DNA from: Candidatus Nealsonbacteria bacterium
GTDB taxonomy: Bacteria > Patescibacteriota > Minisyncoccia > Minisyncoccales > PWPS01
Assembly (NCBI GenBank): GCA_003555075.1
Contig: PWHW01000002.1
Coordinates: forward strand, 14,856-78,855
Reading direction: 5' to 3'
Length of the DNA stretch: 64,000 nucleotides
The notes below the pieces were generated by a model. That model saw only the letters and a list, made by a program, of their open reading frames with translations, was not told where the DNA came from and did no database searches. The position numbers and the translations under genes were made by a program. Below, piece after piece: positions 9,152 through 17,290 of this stretch (positions within the stretch are counted from its first letter, which is position 1; each line of letters opens with the position of its first letter).

Positions 9152-10231
9152 ATGTGCAAAATGAAGGATCTGGAATTTCCCATCTTTAAGACAAAAATGG
9201 ATAACGACCGAAAGTTCGATCTTTCCGATCCCAAAGGAAGAGAGGAATATTTTTCATTCAAAGCGGGAAACGAAATAGAGAAAATAAGGAGTTTTCTCGA
9301 TCAAAGCGCCTTTATTATATATCTTCTGGGAAAGAAAAGTGCCGGAAAAGGTACATACTCCAAGATGTTCTCTGAAGTGATAGATCCCGAAAAGATAGAT
9401 CATTTTTCCATAGGAGATATGATCAGGGACCTTGATAAAGAGCTTGAAGACGAGAAAAAGAGTGAAGAACTTTTTGATTTTTTGGAAGAAAATTATAGAG
9501 GGTGGCACTCTCTGGAAGAAATAAAAGATATTCTCAAAGGAAGGAGCACCTCAAAGCTTCTTCCCACAGACCTTATTCTTACTTTAGTAAAAAGGGAGAT
9601 CGCAAAAAGGGGAAGAAAAGTTATTTTTATTGATGGTTTTCCGAGGGACATGGATCAGATATCCTATTCACTTTTCTTTAGGGATCTTATCGGATATCGT
9701 GACGATGCGGATTTCTTTGCTCTTATTGATGTTCCCGAGCAAGTGATTGACGAGAGAATAAAATGGAGGAGAATTTGCCATAAGTGCAACACTTCACGAA
9801 ACTTGAAACTACTCCCCACCTCTAAGGTGGAATACGATAAAGAGACAGGTGAGTTTCATCTTGTTTGTGATAATCCCGGTTGCGATGGTGGAAGAATGGA
9901 AAGGAAAGAGGGGGATGAGAGAGGGATTGCTCCCATCAAGGAAAGACTTGATATGGATGAGAAGCTCATAAAACAAGCGTTCAATCTTTATGGGATTCCC
10001 AAGATCCTTCTTAGAAATTCTGTTCCTGTGAATAAGGCAGAAGAATATGTTTCCTATTATGAGCTTACTCCGGAATACAACTATCATTTCAATGAAGAAA
10101 AGGGGGAAGTGGAGATAAAAGAAACGCCTTGGACGATAAAGGATGAAAACGGTGTGGAGAGTTATAGCTTATTGGCTCCTCCGGTAGTAGTTTCTTTTAT
10201 AAAGCAGCTTGCAGATCTTCTTAAGGTGTAA
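9152..10231 (+). CDS. Divergent adenylate-kinase-family protein with Zn-ribbon LID and N-/C-terminal extensions (359 aa)
   Basis: P-loop GKKSAGKGT, IDGFPRD, and LID CHKC...CDNPGC. A canonical adk is present elsewhere at 34305. Confidence 0.7.
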   Translation: MCKMKDLEFPIFKTKMDNDRKFDLSDPKGREEYFSFKAGNEIEKIRSFLDQSAFIIYLLGKKSAGKGTYSKMFSEVIDPEKIDHFSIGDMIRDLDKELEDEKKSEELFDFLEENYRGWHSLEEIKDILKGRSTSKLLPTDLILTLVKREIAKRGRKVIFIDGFPRDMDQISYSLFFRDLIGYRDDADFFALIDVPEQVIDERIKWRRICHKCNTSRNLKLLPTSKVEYDKETGEFHLVCDNPGCDGGRMERKEGDERGIAPIKERLDMDEKLIKQAFNLYGIPKILLRNSVPVNKAEEYVSYYELTPEYNYHFNEEKGEVEIKETPWTIKDENGVESYSLLAPPVVVSFIKQLADLLKV

Positions 10232-10237
10232 TAAGTA

Positions 10238-10266
10238 TTGACCCTTTTTTAGTAGAACGATATAAT
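10238..10266 (+). promoter_or_regulatory. Sigma-70-type promoter (TTGACC-17 nt-TATAAT)
   Basis: -35 at 10238-10243 and -10 at 10261-10266, with exact 17-nt spacing. Confidence 0.6.
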
Positions 10267-10272
10267 TGTAAA

Positions 10273-10436
10273 TACCCGCTCGTTAAAAAAAGAATCTGAC
10301 ATTGCACTTTTTTAGGGAGCCGCAAATGACCCTTGTCCCGTGGGGCAAGGCTGAGGCACCCACTTGAGTATATTCTCAGATTTCTTATGACGAGCGGGCT
10401 TAAGATCACCTCCTTACACGGAGGTGATCTTTTTTT
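10273..10436 (+). ncRNA. Candidate structured sRNA (rod-like, 6S-like architecture; class unassigned)
   Basis: Has its own promoter and terminator and no credible ORF. Nested helices 10275-10285/10388-10398, 10290-10299/10376-10386, 10315-10321/10355-10361 and 10331-10338/10343-10350 surround a 15/14-nt central bubble. Confidence 0.5.
10403..10436 (+). terminator. Intrinsic terminator (11-bp stem plus T7)
   Basis: AGATCACCTCC / GGAGGTGATCT stem with loop TTACAC, followed by TTTTTTT. Confidence 0.8.
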
Positions 10437-10550
10437 GACAAAATTCTTTTGGAAAAAATAAAGATAAATTTATCCTATATCGACTCTTGTTTTTTGACGA
10501 GGGTTTGTTATAGTTCAACTGTTGTTATAAAAATTAATCACCAAAGAGCC

Positions 10551-10796
10551 ATGTGGGATCAAATAAAACAGGCCAAGGAACTTCAAAGATTACAAGGAGA
10601 ACTCAAAAAAGAGAAGGTGGAGGTAAGCGAAAGTGGTGTGAGAATGGTTGTGAACGGAAAGATGGAAGTGGAAGAGGTAGAATTGAGCGAAGGGGTTTCA
10701 AAAGAGGAGCAAGAAAGAGCAGTCAAAAAATGTTTCAACGAAGCAATGAAAAAAGTGCAGATGGCGGCTGCGCAAAAAATGCAGTCCATGCGATGA
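10551..10796 (+). CDS. ybaB: YbaB/EbfC-family nucleoid-associated protein
   Basis: MWDQIKQAKELQRLQGEL...VEVSESGVRMVVNGKMEVEEVEL...AVKKCFNEAMKKVQ matches the family pattern. The upstream part of the track ORF (TTG start) is discarded. Confidence 0.85.
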   Translation: MWDQIKQAKELQRLQGELKKEKVEVSESGVRMVVNGKMEVEEVELSEGVSKEEQERAVKKCFNEAMKKVQMAAAQKMQSMR

Positions 10797-10817
10797 CATG
10801 AATCTTGCAGAAGATAG

Positions 10818-10849
10818 ACCCCTCTTTGCAGAAGAGGGGTTTTTATTTT
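10818..10849 (+). terminator. Intrinsic terminator after ybaB
   Basis: ACCCCTCTT / AAGAGGGGT stem followed by a TTTTTATTTT tract. Confidence 0.7.
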
Positions 10850-10862
10850 ATAAGGAGAGGAG

Positions 10863-10891
10863 TTGCTATTTTGTTCTTATATACTTATAAT
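10863..10891 (+). promoter_or_regulatory. Candidate promoter (TTGCTA-17 nt-TATAAT) for the 10917-15894 operon
   Basis: -35 at 10863-10868 and -10 at 10886-10891. Confidence 0.5.
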
Positions 10892-10916
10892 AAAGGCAAT
10901 AAATTCAAATTTATCT

Positions 10917-11306
10917 ATGTCCCAAGAAAGAATAGGAGAAATCAGCAAGGAAATAGTGCAAGAGTGGTATAAAGAGAAAGGTGTCTCTCCGGAAGAAATG
11001 GAGGGTGAGAAAGAGAAGGAAAAAAAAGAGGAAAAGGAAGAACAGGAAAGACTGTCCTCCTTTGACCCCCCTCCTCCCAAATTCACTCCCTTAACAGAAA
11101 AAGAGCAAGAAGAGGTGGAAATGAGAGAGAAGGAAAAAGAGTTGCTGGTAAAGGATAAGATCAAGAATCTTTTGAATTTAGCAGAAGAGAAAGGGCTTGA
11201 GAGATCCATAAAGGAAGCGGAGAAGGAAAATGATCCTTTTTTACTTGATGTTTACCATGATGTGCTTGCAAAAGAAGCTGCTTATAAGAGATTCTTAGAA
11301 AAATGA
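10917..11306 (+). CDS. Hypothetical acidic Glu/Lys-rich protein (129 aa)
   Basis: First ATG downstream of the promoter. Sequence has EKEKEKKEEKEEQE and a PPPPKF tract, with no TM helix. Stop is 4 nt before the next gene. Confidence 0.6.
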   Translation: MSQERIGEISKEIVQEWYKEKGVSPEEMEGEKEKEKKEEKEEQERLSSFDPPPPKFTPLTEKEQEEVEMREKEKELLVKDKIKNLLNLAEEKGLERSIKEAEKENDPFLLDVYHDVLAKEAAYKRFLEK

Positions 11307-11310
11307 AAAA

Positions 11311-13740
11311 ATGAATATTCCTTTGGATCAAATTCTTATAATAGTGGGTATCGGGGTGGTCTTACTATTGGCCATTTTTTTCTTTGTAAAGAAAAGAAGA
11401 AAGGGAATGCTTGACAGGAGTCTTGATATGACTCTTTTTCTTGTAAGGTTGCCAAAGCACGAAGAGGATGATGGGAGCGGAAAAGAGGAGGAGAAGAAAA
11501 AGATATCCAAAATGGAACAATTTTATTCCAATTTTCTTTACCTTGATAAAGGAGAGAATTTTTTTTCCAGGATCATTCATGGTTTTCCGAGAGTAGTGTT
11601 GGAAATAGCGTCAGAGGTTGGAGAGAGGGATATTTCTTTTTATGTTGCCGTTCCCTCAAGATATGAAAGTGCTTTAAACAAATATGTTCAAGGAATTTAT
11701 TCGGGTGCCATTGTCGAAAAGATTCCCGGAGACTACACTATGTTCGAGCCCGAAGGAGAAGTATCCGCATCCTATTTGACACAAAAGAGCAACTTCTTTC
11801 TTCCTCTTAATACTTATGAGGACCTAGCAAGAGATCCTCTTGAATCAATTGTCAATTCTGTAACCAATATAAGCGCCGATGAGGGCTCGGCCGTACAGAT
11901 AGTTATTCGACCCACTTTGTTCGATCTAAGGAAGAGAGGTGAGAAAGTTCTTAAAGAGATCACTGAAAACAAGAAAAGTTTGAACGAAGCAACGATCAAA
12001 ACAGAAGAAAGTTCTTTCAAGAAATTCTTAAGAGATATTACAGGAGTTCTTTCAAAAGAAAGTAAAGAAAAGAAAGAAGGAAAGGATCTTCGTGTGGACG
12101 AGGCCACCATTGATCTTATAAGAAAAAAAATAGAAAAACAGGGCTTTGAGGTGAATATACGTCTTATGGCAGCGGCTAAGAGCAGAGAAGACGCAGACAA
12201 AGTTCTCTCTAATCTTGAAAGCAGTTTTTCTCAGTTCACCTCCGGAGTCAACAGTTTTAATATAAAGAGGGTCAAAAGAAAAAAAGCTCTAAAGAGAATG
12301 GTGTATGATTTTAGTTTCAGAGAGTTCAAAAAAGGCCAGTCTTGCATACTGAATTCTACTGAGCTTACGGGAATTTATCATTTTCCTCTTTCTCACATAG
12401 AAAGTCCTTATATAAAATGGGTAAGATCCAAAGAAGCTCCCCCTCCTTCCGAACTTCCTAAAAGCGGACCCGTGCTCTTGGGGGAAGCTGTCTATAGAGG
12501 CGAAAGAAAGGAAGTTTATATAGCTTCTCGGGATGACAGAAGAAGGCACTTCTATATCATAGGACAGACGGGTGTTGGTAAAACATCGCTAATGAAGGAG
12601 AAGATCAGGCAGGATATGAAGAATGGGGAGGGGGTAGGAGTGATAGATCCTAACGGAGATCTGATAGAAGATACCTTGGCAAATGTTCCCAAGAACAGGA
12701 TTGACGATGTAGTGCTTTTTGAGCCTTTCGACAGGGAAAGGCCTTGCGGATTGAATATGCTTGAATGGGAAACTCCCGAACAGCGTGACTTTGCGATGTC
12801 CGAGATGGTAATGATCTTTAATCAACTCTTTGACCAAGCAATTGTTGGTCCCATGTTCGAATATTATATGAGAAATGCCATGGCGGCGTTGATGGCGGAC
12901 AAAGATGACCCGGGCACGGTGGCCGAGATCCCAAGGATATTTTCAGATGATGAGTTCATGGAAAAGAAGCTGAGAAATGTTTCCGACCATATGGTAAGAA
13001 ACTTTTGGTTCAGGGAGTGGAAGCAAACCACAGGGCAAACAAGATCCGATATGCTCGGGTATGTAGTTTCAAAGATCGGAAGATTCGTTACTGATGAAAT
13101 GATGAGGAATATTATAGGCCAACAAAGATCAAGCTTTGATCTAAGTAAAATAATGGATGAAAGAAAAATATTTCTAGCCAATTTATCCAAAGGGCTTACA
13201 GGAGAGATAAACAGTTCTTTGCTTGGAATGATACTGGTTTCTAAAATGCAAATTTCCGCTTTTAGAAGAGCGGCTCTTCCGGAAGAGGAAAGAAAAGATT
13301 TTTATTTGTATGTTGACGAGTTTCAAAACTTTACTACCGATAGTGTGGCCACCATACTTTCGGAAGCTAGAAAATATAGGCTCAACCTTATTCTTGCACA
13401 CCAATATATGCCGCAACTCAGGGAAGAGATAAAGAATGCGGTAATGGGCAATGTGGGGACTGTTGCTTCCTATAGAATAGGAGTGGATGATGCGGAATTC
13501 ATGGAGAGGCAGTTTTCTCCCAATTTCTCTAAGTTTGATCTGGGAAATATAGATAATTATCAGTACATAATTCGAATGCTTATAAACAACCGGGTCACAT
13601 CTCCTTTTAAGATAGCTGCTCCCAAACCCTCTCCCGGGGATGCCGGTGTTGCTATGAAGGCTAGAAAGATATCAAAAGTGAAACACGGAAGACCGAAAGC
13701 AATAGTGGAGAGAGAGATAAAAGAAAGAGCAAAATTATGA
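11311..13740 (+). CDS. TraD/TrwB/VirD4-family (type IV coupling protein-like) P-loop ATPase with N-terminal TM anchor and an uncharacterised ~390-aa N-domain
   Basis: TM helix ILIIVGIGVVLLLAIFFFV. Walker A GQTGVGKT (12562-12585), VIDPNGD, Walker B FYLYVDEFQNF, and ARKYRLNLILAHQYMPQL. Confidence 0.8.
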   Translation: MNIPLDQILIIVGIGVVLLLAIFFFVKKRRKGMLDRSLDMTLFLVRLPKHEEDDGSGKEEEKKKISKMEQFYSNFLYLDKGENFFSRIIHGFPRVVLEIASEVGERDISFYVAVPSRYESALNKYVQGIYSGAIVEKIPGDYTMFEPEGEVSASYLTQKSNFFLPLNTYEDLARDPLESIVNSVTNISADEGSAVQIVIRPTLFDLRKRGEKVLKEITENKKSLNEATIKTEESSFKKFLRDITGVLSKESKEKKEGKDLRVDEATIDLIRKKIEKQGFEVNIRLMAAAKSREDADKVLSNLESSFSQFTSGVNSFNIKRVKRKKALKRMVYDFSFREFKKGQSCILNSTELTGIYHFPLSHIESPYIKWVRSKEAPPPSELPKSGPVLLGEAVYRGERKEVYIASRDDRRRHFYIIGQTGVGKTSLMKEKIRQDMKNGEGVGVIDPNGDLIEDTLANVPKNRIDDVVLFEPFDRERPCGLNMLEWETPEQRDFAMSEMVMIFNQLFDQAIVGPMFEYYMRNAMAALMADKDDPGTVAEIPRIFSDDEFMEKKLRNVSDHMVRNFWFREWKQTTGQTRSDMLGYVVSKIGRFVTDEMMRNIIGQQRSSFDLSKIMDERKIFLANLSKGLTGEINSSLLGMILVSKMQISAFRRAALPEEERKDFYLYVDEFQNFTTDSVATILSEARKYRLNLILAHQYMPQLREEIKNAVMGNVGTVASYRIGVDDAEFMERQFSPNFSKFDLGNIDNYQYIIRMLINNRVTSPFKIAAPKPSPGDAGVAMKARKISKVKHGRPKAIVEREIKERAKL

Positions 13741-13799
13741 CTTTACGTAATTCATTAATTATTTTATAGTTGAATAAAAGTAAAGATCTAGTTTTTAAT

Positions 13800-15668
13800 A
13801 TGGAAAAAAAAGAAAACAGGGAAAAGCAAGAAGAGAAAGGTTTTTACACAAAAAAGATAGAAGAGATAGAGAATGAGTTAAAGGAAAAGAGTGATAACAT
13901 TGATTCTTTGCAAGGAAAAGCAAAAGAAAGAGCTCAAGAAGAAGTGAGTGTGTTAAAAGAGAATTTGGAAAACGTAAAAAAGGAGGCAAAAGAGTTGGAG
14001 CTAAAAGAAGAGGAGCAAGAGGGGGAAGTTTCTGCAAGGGAGTTCCAGGAAGGAGAGAAGCACGAGGAAGAGCAAAAAGAAGGAATTTATGAAGAAGAAC
14101 CCTCTTCGGAAACTGGAGATGATCTGGAAAGAGAATACGGAAAGAAGGTCGTAGAGAAATGGATGGATACGCGTGAGATAACGCCCACCATCAATCCGGA
14201 ATTAAGAAAGAAATTATCAGGTGTTCTGGAAAATGAACAGGTAGAGAGTTCCGCACGTTTGGCAAAAGAATATTTGGAAGAAAAGAATTATAATGTAGAG
14301 AATAAAAATGAGGAAGAGTTGTTGAGCCTGGTATATGGAGATGAGAGCTTTAAAGAAAGATTGAAAAGCAATAAACATGCTGCAAGACTGGGAATGTTAA
14401 AGGAGGCGATCGAGAGGTCGAGAGGAAAAATGACATACAACGAGAGATTACTTGCCTTCAATGAGATTGCGGAGGGTGATTTCCAAGGAATGCCGGAGGA
14501 AAAGAAGGATGTATTAAAGGAATTATATGAGGCGGTAACAGGAGAAAGGTTGGAAGAAGAGGCGCAAAGAAATGTGAAAACAGCGGAAGATGAAGTATTT
14601 AACATGATGGGAGTTGAAGTTACTGATGAAGAATTACTTCAAGCGGAAAAGGAGAATCGAGGAAGGGTGGTGCACGGAAAAAAGAAAGGAAGAGAGGTGG
14701 ATGGAGAAAGGTGGGAAGATTTGAGCAGTGAGGAAAAAAGAGAGGTGCTCAAGGATGATAAAATAGAGGAGATCAAAGGAAAAATATCGGGAGCTGCTGG
14801 AAGTGAACCTAGTCATGCGGAGCTCATCTGGCTCTCCAGGAAGGGCGTGGATTTTGAGGACATTGAAAATATCAGGATGGAAAAAAGAAAGAAAGGAGAA
14901 GGATTTATAAGTAAAATACCTTTTTTGGGAAAAAAGGAGAGAGTTCTTGTTGTTGAAGGTAGCGATGGCAAAGAAAGAGAGATAAATTTAGAGGAACCCT
15001 CTGAGCAGGGAAGGAAAGAGATAGAGGAGCACAACAGAAATGTGAAGGAAGAGGGCGCCGGAGTGTCGATGAACAAAGAGGGGGAATTGGAAATGGTAAA
15101 GAGTTATCTTAGTAAGCTGAGTGAAGAAGAAAAAAAGAGGGATATTGAAAAAGAAGTGGAAAGAGAGAAAGAGAATATACTGGAGAAGTATTGCAATGAC
15201 CAAGAAGAATTCGTGGAGTTGGCTTATGAAAATGTAAAAAAGAAGCTGGCCTCGGTTGAAGAGATAACCGGCGGAGATAGCAAGGAAAGGGTCATAAAAA
15301 GAGAAAGGGATCCTTTGCATGAAGGGGGAAAAAGTCTTAACTTTGAAACTTCAATGGAAGAGTTTGCACAACTATGCAAGGACCCGAGATTTAAGGAGGG
15401 TATGAAGGAAATAATAGAAGCGATGAAGAAAAGAGGTATGGATACGGAGGAGATCAAGGAGTTGGTCAAAGAGGATGAAGAAAAAAAGGGGGAGAAAAAG
15501 GCTGAGACCGAAAAAGAGAAAAAACCTGAAGAAAAGAAAGGAACACCGGAGTCGAAGGGGTTCTTGGAAGGTAAAGCCAAAGAGTCATTGACCTTTTTTG
15601 TCTTTATTGCTCTTGCCGCACTGATGATGATCGCTGCGGCAATGGAAGGAAAGGGAAAGAAAAAATAA
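13800..15668 (+). CDS. Glu/Lys-rich polyampholyte protein with a single C-terminal TM helix (tail-anchored topology)
   Basis: 622 aa from the first ATG (a TTG at 13770 is also possible). No signal peptide. C-terminus is LTFFVFIALAALMMIAAAMEGKGKKK. Confidence 0.65.
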   Translation: MEKKENREKQEEKGFYTKKIEEIENELKEKSDNIDSLQGKAKERAQEEVSVLKENLENVKKEAKELELKEEEQEGEVSAREFQEGEKHEEEQKEGIYEEEPSSETGDDLEREYGKKVVEKWMDTREITPTINPELRKKLSGVLENEQVESSARLAKEYLEEKNYNVENKNEEELLSLVYGDESFKERLKSNKHAARLGMLKEAIERSRGKMTYNERLLAFNEIAEGDFQGMPEEKKDVLKELYEAVTGERLEEEAQRNVKTAEDEVFNMMGVEVTDEELLQAEKENRGRVVHGKKKGREVDGERWEDLSSEEKREVLKDDKIEEIKGKISGAAGSEPSHAELIWLSRKGVDFEDIENIRMEKRKKGEGFISKIPFLGKKERVLVVEGSDGKEREINLEEPSEQGRKEIEEHNRNVKEEGAGVSMNKEGELEMVKSYLSKLSEEEKKRDIEKEVEREKENILEKYCNDQEEFVELAYENVKKKLASVEEITGGDSKERVIKRERDPLHEGGKSLNFETSMEEFAQLCKDPRFKEGMKEIIEAMKKRGMDTEEIKELVKEDEEKKGEKKAETEKEKKPEEKKGTPESKGFLEGKAKESLTFFVFIALAALMMIAAAMEGKGKKK

Positions 15669-15690
15669 TAATCATTTATTGATGTAGAAT

Positions 15691-15894
15691 ATGGATCAGA
15701 ATGAGCTCATAAAAAACAATCCTCTAAGTGAAATGGTCCGGGCGGCCCCTATAAGTGATGGTCAAAAGAATGAACTTTTGGAAGTCATTCCTCATCTCAA
15801 TGAGGAAGAAAGAGTAAAACTTCTCGAGAATCTTAAGGATATATTGCTAATGGAAACGGAAAAAAGAGATACCTTAAAGGATATAAGGAAGTAA
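15691..15894 (+). CDS. Small hypothetical protein (67 aa), last gene of the operon
   Basis: ATG 22 nt after the previous stop. Predicted helical and charged, with no recognisable motif. Confidence 0.5.
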   Translation: MDQNELIKNNPLSEMVRAAPISDGQKNELLEVIPHLNEEERVKLLENLKDILLMETEKRDTLKDIRK

Positions 15895-15895
15895 T

Positions 15896-16903
15896 TTATA
15901 CTCTTTTCTCTTTAGCCTTCTTTCTCAGATTCTCCGCTTTATCGGTCTCGTCTACGACACTTCCTATAATTTGCTCTAAAACATCTTCCAGGGTCACAAC
16001 ACCTGCGGTTCCCCCGAATTCATCAACTACAATTGCCAAATGACAGCGTTGCTTCCTAAAGACGGGTATTAACTCGTCTATTTTTTTATCCTCAGGCACT
16101 GTAGTTACTTCAGGATCGGCGAAATTAGCCACTTGCTCCTCTTCTTTTCCTTTTGTTAAGGCTATAAGTAGATCCCGTTGGTGACATATTCCTATGATAT
16201 TGTCGAGATTTTCGTGATATATTGGTATGCGTGAATGACTTGAAGAACAGATATCATCTTTTATATCTTTCAATGCTCTTTTGCTACTAAAAGCTGTTAT
16301 CATGATCCTCGGAGTCATTATATCTTTTGTCTTCAGGTCGTTGAGCAAAAAAACTCTATGTATCATTTCTTTCTCATCTTCTTCGATCACTCCTTCTGCA
16401 AAACTGATGTTGCTGAGAGTGCGTATTTCTTCTTCGGATATGGTTTTTTTCTTCTTTGGGATGGGTTTTGTAAAAAACTCGATCAAAATTATCAAGGGAG
16501 AGAACAACTTGGTTCCGTAAAAAAGAGGTTTTGCCAAGAGTAGACTTATGGGTGTTGCAAAAGTCTCTCCAATGGTCTTTGGTATTATCTCTGCGAAAAT
16601 TATCACCAAGAATGTCAAAATGGCGGAAAATATTCCTATTTTTGCACTTCCAAGAAATTCCGCAGCAATGTTTCCCACTAATACACTTCCTGCGATGTTG
16701 AAAATGTTCGTAAAGACGACCAAGACGGTAATGGTGGGCCTCATATCCTTTTTGATTCTCAAAAGATACTCAGCGCCCCTTTTCTCTTTACTTTTAAGTA
16801 TCTTTGCTCCATTGAGAGATGTACTAAAAAGAGCCGCTTCGGTAGCGGAGAACATTCCGGATCCAATTAGCATGATCATTACGGCGAATATAAGATTCTC
16901 CAT
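15896..16903 (-). CDS. CNNM/CorB-type DUF21 plus CBS-pair membrane protein (putative Mg/Co transporter)
   Basis: N-terminal multi-TM DUF21 region, then a CBS pair (IMTPRIMI..., HLAIVVDEFGGTAGVVTLEDVLEQIIG). Confidence 0.85.
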   Translation of the reverse strand: MENLIFAVMIMLIGSGMFSATEAALFSTSLNGAKILKSKEKRGAEYLLRIKKDMRPTITVLVVFTNIFNIAGSVLVGNIAAEFLGSAKIGIFSAILTFLVIIFAEIIPKTIGETFATPISLLLAKPLFYGTKLFSPLIILIEFFTKPIPKKKKTISEEEIRTLSNISFAEGVIEEDEKEMIHRVFLLNDLKTKDIMTPRIMITAFSSKRALKDIKDDICSSSHSRIPIYHENLDNIIGICHQRDLLIALTKGKEEEQVANFADPEVTTVPEDKKIDELIPVFRKQRCHLAIVVDEFGGTAGVVTLEDVLEQIIGSVVDETDKAENLRKKAKEKRV

Positions 16904-16933
16904 GATTCTTTATTCAGATTATAAGAGTAAAGA

Positions 16934-16959
16934 ATAAAAAAAGGCAGGTTTCCCTGCCT
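16934..16959 (-). terminator. Intrinsic terminator for 16958-17227
   Basis: On the minus strand: AGGCAGG GAAA CCTGCCT followed by TTTTTTT. It overlaps the stop codon. Confidence 0.6.
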
Positions 16960-17227
16960 AAACGAACCTTTTCCCGAACTTCACATAATTGAAGGCCATT
17001 TCGAGTATCGAATCTTCTTTTAACAGATCCCAGTTTGGTTGGTGAGTGGTGTAAACAAGTTGACATTCGACGAAATTATAGGCCTCTCCGTATCCAAAAC
17101 AAGAAGGTTCCGGTATTGGATGCGGTGAAAGTTCCTCTCTTCCTATTTTCTTTCTTTCTCTTTGCTTTTTTACGTACCTTCTTATTCTTTCGATCTTTTC
17201 TTCACGGGAAAAATGATCTTTTTTCAA
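16958..17227 (-). CDS. Hypothetical protein (89 aa)
   Basis: ORF with a terminator and a basic N-terminus (RIRRYVKKQRERKK). No recognised motif. Confidence 0.45.
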   Translation of the reverse strand: MKKDHFSREEKIERIRRYVKKQRERKKIGREELSPHPIPEPSCFGYGEAYNFVECQLVYTTHQPNWDLLKEDSILEMAFNYVKFGKRFV

Positions 17228-17290
17228 CCTCTATCCCTCCTTTGTTCTATTGAATCCCAGTCAATCGGTGTTATTAAGGATTCATAATTG

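Noticed and set aside
10273-10402. SRP (4.5S) RNA, suggested by the ffs-dnaX-ybaB linkage known in Firmicutes
   Set aside because: The apical helix is a continuous 8-bp stem with a CGUG loop. It lacks the conserved symmetric/asymmetric loops and the GNRA tetraloop of SRP domain IV. The region is kept only as an unclassified sRNA candidate.
13770-15668. GAA/AAG-rich low-complexity DNA as a possible tandem repeat or CRISPR-like array
   Set aside because: There is no fixed-period repeat unit or spacer structure. The bias comes entirely from Glu/Lys codons in one long open frame.
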